Part shown: positions 50,246 through 64,000 of the stretch, one piece after another
How the letters are laid out: the number at the start of each line of letters is the position of its first letter
How positions within the stretch are numbered: position 1 is the first letter of the stretch
DNA from: Salpingoeca rosetta
Taxonomy: Eukaryota > Protista > Choanoflagellata
Length of the DNA: 64,000 nucleotides
Reading direction: 5' to 3'
NCBI GenBank assembly: GCA_033442325.1
Contig: JAWQFM010000004.1
Coordinates: forward strand, 2,328,830 to 2,392,829
Notes under the pieces: generated by a model
Told to the model about the DNA's origin: nothing
Database searches by the model: none
Seen by the model: the letters and a program-made list of their open reading frames with translations, nothing else
Made by a program: the position numbers and the translations under genes

Positions 50246-52754
50246 CACAAACACACCTCTCGTGCGTGCTTGGTGTCTGTGGACTGTGGGGGGAAAACGT
50301 CCTTGAGCAAGTGTGCAGCGCGGCTTGCGTCGAGAACAGCAAACGCGGCTGCCCGAGCATCGTACGCCGAAGACGAGGCGGTGGCGAGGGCGAGGGAGGA
50401 GGAGATGGCGTCGCCGTGGCGAATCACAATGGGCGCAGCTGATGGAGGGGCGGAGAACGAAGAGGAGGTGGTGGAGGTGGTGGTGGAGGGAGGGATGGAG
50501 AGAGGGTGGAGCGGGACGGAGATAAGGTGAGTCGATAGAAGTGGACAGCACTGGTGCATGTGTAGTTGATTGCACATTTTTGGTAGGAAGGAACATGTAC
50601 ATTGTCCATTCACTTGCGCACACACGTCGGGAGGTGCAGCATGTCGCCGACGTGTCTGCACACCACCACACCAACACATGCAGCACACATGCATGGCCCA
50701 CCTGTCTCGTCGTTGTCGGCCTTAATAGCCTTGAGCACCGATGCGTCCAGCATCAAGCTGTCCTGCATCACGCTGTCGTTGGCGTGTTCAGTTGTGCGCA
50801 CGCCTTGCAGGTGGCCATCCAGCAGTGCTTCCAGCGCCGCATCCTTCACACCACCCGCAGCGTTGCCGCAGCCGCTAGCATCGCCACCGTCGGCAGCAGG
50901 CGTTGCGCTGGCGATTCTGCTGGCGCCTGCGGACGGCGTGGCCAGACCTTCGCCGTCATCGCCGCTGGCACCGCGGCCATCACCAACTGCACACGGAGGA
51001 CAAGGCGGACACGTGGCGTGCAGTGGTGAGATCCAACATGCAATGACAAGCAGGCAGGTACGGGGGACGACAAGGGTAGACAGACAGAGAGACAGACAGA
51101 GAGATACACATGCACACACATACCTATACATACATACATACATACATACATACATACATACATACATACATACATACATACATACATACATACATACATA
51201 CATACACAGAGTCACAAAGCACAGGGCGCCCCACCTGCTGCGCTCTGTGCGCGAGTGCTTGCGGCAGAGGCGGCGACGGTGGCCTCAACCTGCCTGAGCA
51301 TGCAGTCCATCAGGGCGGCAATGGGTGTCGTCTCGGCGTGCAGCGAGGACGAGAGCGCGCGGTAGACAGGCCAGCTGGCCAGTGGGCGGGCTGGTGCTGC
51401 CGGCAAGGAGCAGATGCGGAGGGAGGAGAGGTATGCGGTGTACTGGGCGTGATGCTTGAGCCCGTCGTACACGAGGGCGGCGATCCGATCAAAGGTGTCT
51501 GCACCAGATGGCGCGCGCCCAAGATCAAACGTCTGCCGTGGTGATGTGTGTGTGTGTGTGTGTTGTGTTGTGTTGTGTGTTTTAAGTTGGTGGAGGGGAT
51601 GATGTCAGCGTTTGCGTTGGGTGAAACAGGGAACACCAACAGGACAGTTGATGGAGAGGGAGTATGTGCAAATGTGTGCATGTGTGTAGGTGTGCAACGT
51701 GCGTGCGAGTGATGTTGCATGTTCGTATGTATGCACACAGGCAGACAGACACACAGAAAGACACACACAGACACACACACACACACACAGACAGACAGAC
51801 AGACACGTACCAGCCATGCAATGTCGCGGAGGTGGGATGTTGGGTCTGCAGCAGCGCAGAGCGCGCGCGTTTGCGGCACAAATGTGTCTTGCACCGGCGC
51901 TGCCGGTGTGGCCGTTTCACTCGCAGCAGCATCCTGGGGGTAGTTGACATATGACGGGTGGTGTGACATGTTGTGAATGACAGTAGAGTGAGGAGGAGGA
52001 GGAGGAGGAGGAGGAGGAGGAGGAGGGGAAAAGCGGCCCGAACAAGCAAAAAGACACACAGACACCCAGACCCAGACCCAGACCCAGACACAGACAGACA
52101 GACAGACACAGACACACACACAGACACACACAGACACACAGACACACAGCAATCACCAGCAGCACCGGCCGCTGTAAGAGAGTGCATGTCCCAGCTGCTC
52201 GATCGAGTACCTTGTCATCTTGTACTGCGAGCGATGTTGCGCGGGAAAGTTGCTTCTCCTTCCTCTTGGCAGCGGGCGACTGTGGGGTGCCCTCTATCGG
52301 CGTGCTTGCTGTTTCTGCCTGCGTGTCAGCGCTACCACTGGCGCTGCTCTGCTCCTCATCATCGTCCTCGTCGTCCTCCGTGGATGTGTCAATGAGGGCG
52401 CGGATGCTGGCGCCGGCATCGCTCATGTATTTGACGAACATGGGGTCGGAGAAGCCGTGCAAGAGCCAGTACTGGTCGGGACCCTCCTGCGGCTCATCGT
52501 CGATGTAGTCGATCATGGCCGCTTCGTCCTTGCGGGTCTTCAGCGTGCTCTTCTTCTTGCCGGGCGCATCATCAGCTGCACCTCCGCCTTTGCCCTTCTT
52601 CTTCCCCGCAGCCTTTGATGGCGTCTTGGACCGCGAGCCACCCTCCTCAGCCTTGGGTGTCTGCATTGACAAGAGAGTGTGGGGTGCATGTGCGAGGTGC
52701 GAGGTGCGTGTTTGTGTGAGCATTGTTGCAGTGAGTCATGATCCGCCATGGTGC

Positions 52755-52842
<88 letters not shown>

Positions 52843-53307
52843 ACGTACTGAGAGGGCTGCTCGGCGCGCGGCTTCTTGGTCTTCGCGGCGCTGCTGCTCG
52901 GTCTTCTTCGCAGCCAGCATCTTGGCGGCGATGACCGTGGCTGCGCCGCGACTGGTGAGCTGGCCGTTCTCCATGGCGGTGGCGCACGCTTCGAAGACCA
53001 TGGCTTGCTGGGGATCCTTGCTCTTGCCCTTGGCCTTGGCCGCTTCCTTGACCAGGTGCTCAATGTCTGCGTGCGTGGCCACGTGGAACCTGCGGCGCTG
53101 GCCCTTCTGCGCCACGGCAAGCGCTTGCTCAACGTACTTTGTGCTGTACGAGGCCGCGCTGTGCAGCAGCACGGGGAACGTTGTCCAGCCATCATCTGCG
53201 CTGTTGATGTCCAAAGCGGTGATGGCTGCTGGCGGCTGCGAAGAGCTGCTCGTCTCCGACTCTACCGCCGTGCGCTTTCCCCCACTCTTCTTTCCTTTCT
53301 TCGACAT
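43212..53307 (-). CDS. SPAG17: SPAG17/PF6 central-pair axonemal protein (multi-exon)
   Basis: N-terminus ..[48 protein letters not shown]; LMDCMLRQV; [16 protein letters not shown]; [48 protein letters not shown]; C-terminal PapD/ASH-like [10 protein letters not shown]...IAPGMSIKV...SIPVTANV; last exon PGVRLI. Confidence 0.88.
46835..46926. repeat. (CAT)n microsatellite inside a SPAG17 intron
   Basis: About 30 CAT units preceded by (CAAGAA)n; lies between SPAG17 exons (intron ~46671-46938). Confidence 0.9.
50113..50244. repeat. (GCAA)n tetranucleotide microsatellite (intronic)
   Basis: About 33 units read directly. Confidence 0.9.
51126..51205. repeat. (TACA)n tetranucleotide microsatellite (intronic)
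   Basis: About 20 units read directly. Confidence 0.9.
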
Positions 53308-53887
53308 GGTGTGTGTGTGTGCTGTGTGTGTGTCTGTGCTGTGTGTGGTGCGCTGTGCGCTGTGTGGTGCTGTGTGCGTTGTCTGTGGGAGCTGCTTGGC
53401 TGTGCTCAGCAACCACGTCGCGGTGTGCTCTGTTCCGCTCACTCACTCGCTCAGTTTGTTTGGTTGTTTGCGCCGCTAGCAACGTATCCACCGCCCAAAA
53501 AATAATGCGCACTAAGCACACAAAACAGACGAGAATCGTACATTGCGGCAGTTCTCGGTTGCCAAGCCCAGCACCGTGATGTGTGTGTGCGTGGATGTGT
53601 ATGTGTGTGCATGTGTGTGCGTGGATGTGCATGTGTGTGTGTGCATGTGTGCACGTGTGCATGTGTGTGTGCATGTGTGCACGTGTGCATGTGTATGTGT
53701 GTGTTGCAGTGACTCCTTCACAGCCACTCCTTTACAATGACGACTTCACTGCGTGATCTATGGTGGAAGAGCACTGCTGTTCATTGATCATCAAGGCAGT
53801 GGAAGCATGTTGTAACGCATGAAGAGCAATGGGGACAACAGAAATGCAGCTACGCACTCGTGCAGACAGGCACACACACACACACAA

Positions 53888-53954
<67 letters not shown>

Positions 53955-53991
53955 CACACACAACTACACACCACAGCTGCCAGCACATTCA

Positions 53992-55260
53992 TCAGTTGCG
54001 GGGCCAGTGGTCGGCAAAGTCAAAGATGCGGTAGCCGACGGCGTCGTTGGCGTGCGAGTAGGCGGTGGTGTTGAAGCCGGGGTCGTTGACCAGGATCGGG
54101 TCACTGCTGTTGTACAGCCAGCCCGTGGCCAGCACAAAGTGCCTTCCGTGCATGACATTCACAACAACGGAGCGCCCTTGCAGCATAAAGGCGCGGATGG
54201 TGTACGGGTCCAGGTCGTTGGACGTGTGCATGCCGTCCGCAGGCCAGATCTTGGAGGTGGTGTTGATGGCGTCAAGGGCAGCCTCGTTCAGGTCATCCTG
54301 GTCGTTGTAGCCGCCGTGCTTGCGCAACCACGCGTTGAGCACGCCCGGGTTGCTCGGCGTGCCGGCGACCAGCACGCTGTGCCCGCGCAGACCCATGGAG
54401 ACGGAGCTCATGAGGCAGCCCACCTGGCAGATGGTCTCGTGCACCATGACGTCGCTGCCCCACGACGCGTTGCACTGCTTGAACAGCGGATACGCCAGCG
54501 GGGTGCGCTGCTGAGCGCGCTGGGCAGGCGGCACCACGCGGTACACGATCATGTCCACAATGTCTGTCCACGCGTACGTGTCCTGGTTGAAGCCGGGGTC
54601 GTTGACCTTGAAGCGCCCGTCCTTTGCCACGCCCGTGAGGAGCACAAAGTGCGTGCCGTCGCGCACGTGCGCCAGGTAGATGTAGGATGTGCTGGCGATG
54701 CCGGCCTCCACTTCCTTGCGCGTCTGCGGGAAGCCCTCCGAAATGAGCTCGAGGTGGTTGGTGAAGGCCTCCACGGCGTTGAGCACGAGGTTGTTGCAGT
54801 CGCCGGCAGCGCACGTGTACAGCTGGTGGTCCTTGAGCCACTTGTTGAGCGTGCCCGGGTTGGCTGGCGTGCCTTTCCCAGTCCCATTGCCGTTTGGCAG
54901 CGTGATGTCCAGGCCGTTCAGGGCCATGGCCAAACACGACATGGCGCATCCTTCCCTACACACGGTGGCCTGCTCACCGGGGCCTGAGCGTGTGATTGGC
55001 GGAACGGGAAGGGGAGGCGGTTATTGTCGTTGCGTGTGAGGATGCATCGAGACAGGGAGGCAGAGGTGTAGAGGTGTAGAGGTGTAGAGGTGTGGAGGTG
55101 TAGAGGTGTAGAGAGGCGAGGAGGCAGAGAGGTGTAGAGGCAGAGAGGCGGAGAGGGGGAGAGACGGAGAGGCAGAGAGAGACACAGACACACAGACACA
55201 GACACAGACACAGACACAGACACAGACACACAGCCACAGACACAGACACAGACACAGACA

Positions 55261-55349
<89 letters not shown>

Positions 55350-55496
55350 CGAACCTGGCACGCCCATGGTATCGTTGCCCCATCGTTTGTCACACTGCTT
55401 GAAGAGGGGAAACGTGGTGGAGGCGTCTGCAGCCACTGCAAGGGCCAGCAGCACCACGCCCGCAGCAACAAGCACACGTCCTGCAGCCATCATCAT
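53992..55496 (-). CDS. Secreted protein with two tandem C39-like (papain-fold) cysteine peptidase domains
   Basis: Signal peptide MMMAAGRVLVAAGVVLLALAVAADA; one intron 54984-55354. Domain 1: PLFKQCDKRWG..EGCAMSCLAM..NPGTLNKWL..THFVLLTG..VNDPG. Domain 2: PLFKQCNASWG..VGCLMSSVSM..NPGVLNAWL..RHFVLATG..VNDPG. Gln/Cys/His/Asp are present in both. Confidence 0.85.
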
Positions 55497-55541
55497 CAGT
55501 GTGGTAAGCAAGGGAAAGGGAGAGAAGGACAACACTCCACA

Positions 55542-55588
<47 letters not shown>

Positions 55589-55658
55589 TTTCCACACAAC
55601 AACAACAACAACAACAACACGCCAGCTCAGCTCAGCGCAGCTCGGCCAGACGAGAGAG
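55497..55658. promoter_or_regulatory. Putative bidirectional promoter (162 bp between divergent start codons)
   Basis: The C39-like gene and the PX-SH3 gene start head-to-head; the spacer holds (GA)n and (CAA)n tracts. No transcript data seen. Confidence 0.5.
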
Positions 55659-61796
<6,138 letters not shown>

Positions 61797-61986
61797 CACG
61801 CGTAACAACATCAAGCACGCCTCAGCAACACGTTTAGCGACAAGCAGCGGCCTGGCGCTCTGTTCCCGTTCACACACACACACACACACACACAGACACA
61901 GACACAGACACACAGACACACAGACACACACACAGACACACACACACAGACACACACACACACACAGACACACACACACACACACA

Positions 61987-62065
<79 letters not shown>

Positions 62066-62358
62066 CGAAGGACGCACTTTGGCGTTTGCACAAACACGTG
62101 GGTGTGCGGTGGATAGTCAACTTTTGCGCTGCGTTTTGTGCGAATCGTAGATTACAACCCGAAGAAGACACCACAAACAGCGCCACCGAGGCAAGGTGTT
62201 ATTACGAGCAGAGCAAAAAGCGAAGACAAGACGACACTGCCATCAACCACCCACCTGCTTTGCATCGCATCGAGCAAGAGCACTCCCATCAGTCCCCTTG
62301 CCTGCCTGTCGGTCATCTTTGAGGACAACGACTGCCACCTGCACTAGCTACAGCAGCA

Positions 62359-64000
62359 ATGGCAGACAAAGCAGACAAGAAGAAGAAGGAGAGAAAGGCC
62401 AAGAAGGCCAAGAAGCCGGCGTCCACTGCTTCCGCAGCAGCCCACGATGAGACGGCAAGCGCCAGTGCCGCGCAGGTCGCACCACAGCCAGGTGCCGTTG
62501 TGCCTGTTGGCGAAATGACACGTGCGGAGGAGCTTGCTGTTGAGGCGTACAACTGCCGCGGCAGCATGCACGAGCGCCTCGCCCTTCTGCAGCAAGTGGA
62601 GCACGCCATCAGCCTCTGGGGCCCAGGTCAGGCTTGTGTGTGCTGTGGACGTGTGTCATCTCATGTGTGCTGAGTTTGCTGTGCGTGCTGTGCATGAGCA
62701 GTACTTGCTGGACGCGCTGTGGCGTATGTGTGAGCGATACCCTTCATCCGCTGCTCGTGCTTCGTCCTGATGCGCTGTTCATACACTCCCCAATGGTTTC
62801 TGCCCTCGTACGCGACACTGACTGGTTTTGCCTTTGTGATCTGGTCGTTTGCAGAGATGCTGACGGAGATGGACGGCACAGAGCTCCCACTTCCTCTGTG
62901 CAGCTCAATTGTCTCGGTGAGAGCTCACGTTTGGTCTATGTTGGTTGCGTTGGATTATGTTTGCGAGATGCACGACTCCAGCCTTGCTCTCTGCGCACGC
63001 GTGCGTGTGTGTTCGCAGCTACAGCGACTCCTCGTTTTCACTTGATGTGCTCACACTTGCCATCTGTCCTGATTTGCAGCTGCTCATCGCCAATGCAGAG
63101 CGCAACCCGATGAACCTTCTGCAAGAAGCCATCATGAAGGCGTACAAACTCTTCCTCACAAAGTACATGTCTCGTGTGCGTCGTGTGCGTCGCGTGTGTC
63201 GTGTGTGTCGCGTGTGTGTCGTGTGCAGTGATATAATTGTTTCGAATGCACATGGTTGCTAGCTTTCTGCGTGCTCACGCGCCCATGCGCCCATCTGCGT
63301 GCTTTGCTGGAGTGTAGGAGTCCACTGAACTCTGCCTTTGGGTTCTTGATCAGCGCCAACTACTTCATGCCCCGCCTGTGCTCGTAAGTGCATCTCCTGC
63401 AGTGCCGCACCTGCGCTGGCATACTGATGATCGAACATGCACCTACAACCCACCACAACCTCGGAGAGAGAACAAGCACATGTACGATGATCAAGGGCCT
63501 CCACGTGCACACACGCACACACACCAACACAAAGCAGCCTGTCCTCTCTCTCTCTCTCTGCCCTCCCCAGCACACGCGCATGCTTGACTGATCTCGTCTG
63601 TGCGTGTACTCGCTGTTTGCTGTTAGGCACACGCATGTGAAGTGGACGAACATCATGTTTGCCCGCTTCTTGGAGGCCACCATCGAGCACACGGCCACGA
63701 CGGACTTGACAATGTTCTTCAAGGAGACCGACCGTCAAGTGGTGCGTGTGACGCGCATGCATGCATGCATGTACACGAGATAACACGCATGATATGCCAT
63801 CGTCTTGCTTGCACGCACCATGGCGCACAACACCACCTGATTGATAGATTCTCTTCGCCACACACACACACACACACAGATATGTGTTTACGCATACACG
63901 CACGCACATGCATATACAGACAGTGATAGTTACAGGCACACATACAGACACAGACATACACGCACACAGACATACACGCACACACACAGACATACACGCA
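62359..64000 (+). CDS. Hypothetical protein (3'-partial, multi-exon)
   Basis: ATG at 62359 (MADKADKKKKERKAKK..). GT-AG exons join in frame: ..HAISLWGP|EMLTEMDG..SIVS|LLIANAERNPM..KYMSR|ANYFMPRLCS|HTHVKWTNIMFARFLE.. No family recognised. Confidence 0.6.

Overview
Eukaryotic, gene-dense (about one gene per 4 kb), intron-rich DNA saturated with (GT)n/(CA)n microsatellites. Gene content and style point to a choanoflagellate, most likely Salpingoeca rosetta (inference). Hand-spliced genes, in order: 5'-partial Testin/Prickle-type triple-LIM protein (+), NOP2 (-), PPP1R21 (+), ERCC1 (-), PPME1 (+), Rieske UQCRFS1 (-), a truncated AAR2 (-), a small protein with a bacterial pullulanase X25-like domain (-), AGGF1-like OCRE-FHA-G-patch protein (+), then an atypical block (31.6-42.8 kb), SPAG17/PF6 (-), a secreted protein with two C39-like peptidase domains (-), a PX-5xSH3 Tks5/p47phox-like scaffold (+) and a 3'-partial unknown gene (+). 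The atypical block is the best candidate for an undescribed system. It holds three tRNA-Lys(CTT) genes, a SARM1-like TIR + SAM gene boxed between two inverted tRNA copies, and two tandem intronless ARM-like paralogs, one of them frameshifted. Together these place the SARM1 modules (ARM, SAM, TIR) in adjacent genes at a tRNA cluster. Other highlights: a candidate secreted cell-wall endopeptidase head-to-head with an NADPH-oxidase-organizer-like gene that keeps the p47phox autoinhibitory motif; a possible AAR2-Rieske read-through or misassembly; and complementary GT-rich/CA-rich intron ends suggesting structure-assisted splicing. Most ORFs in the supplied track are microsatellite artefacts. All homology calls are from recognition of motifs; no searches were run.
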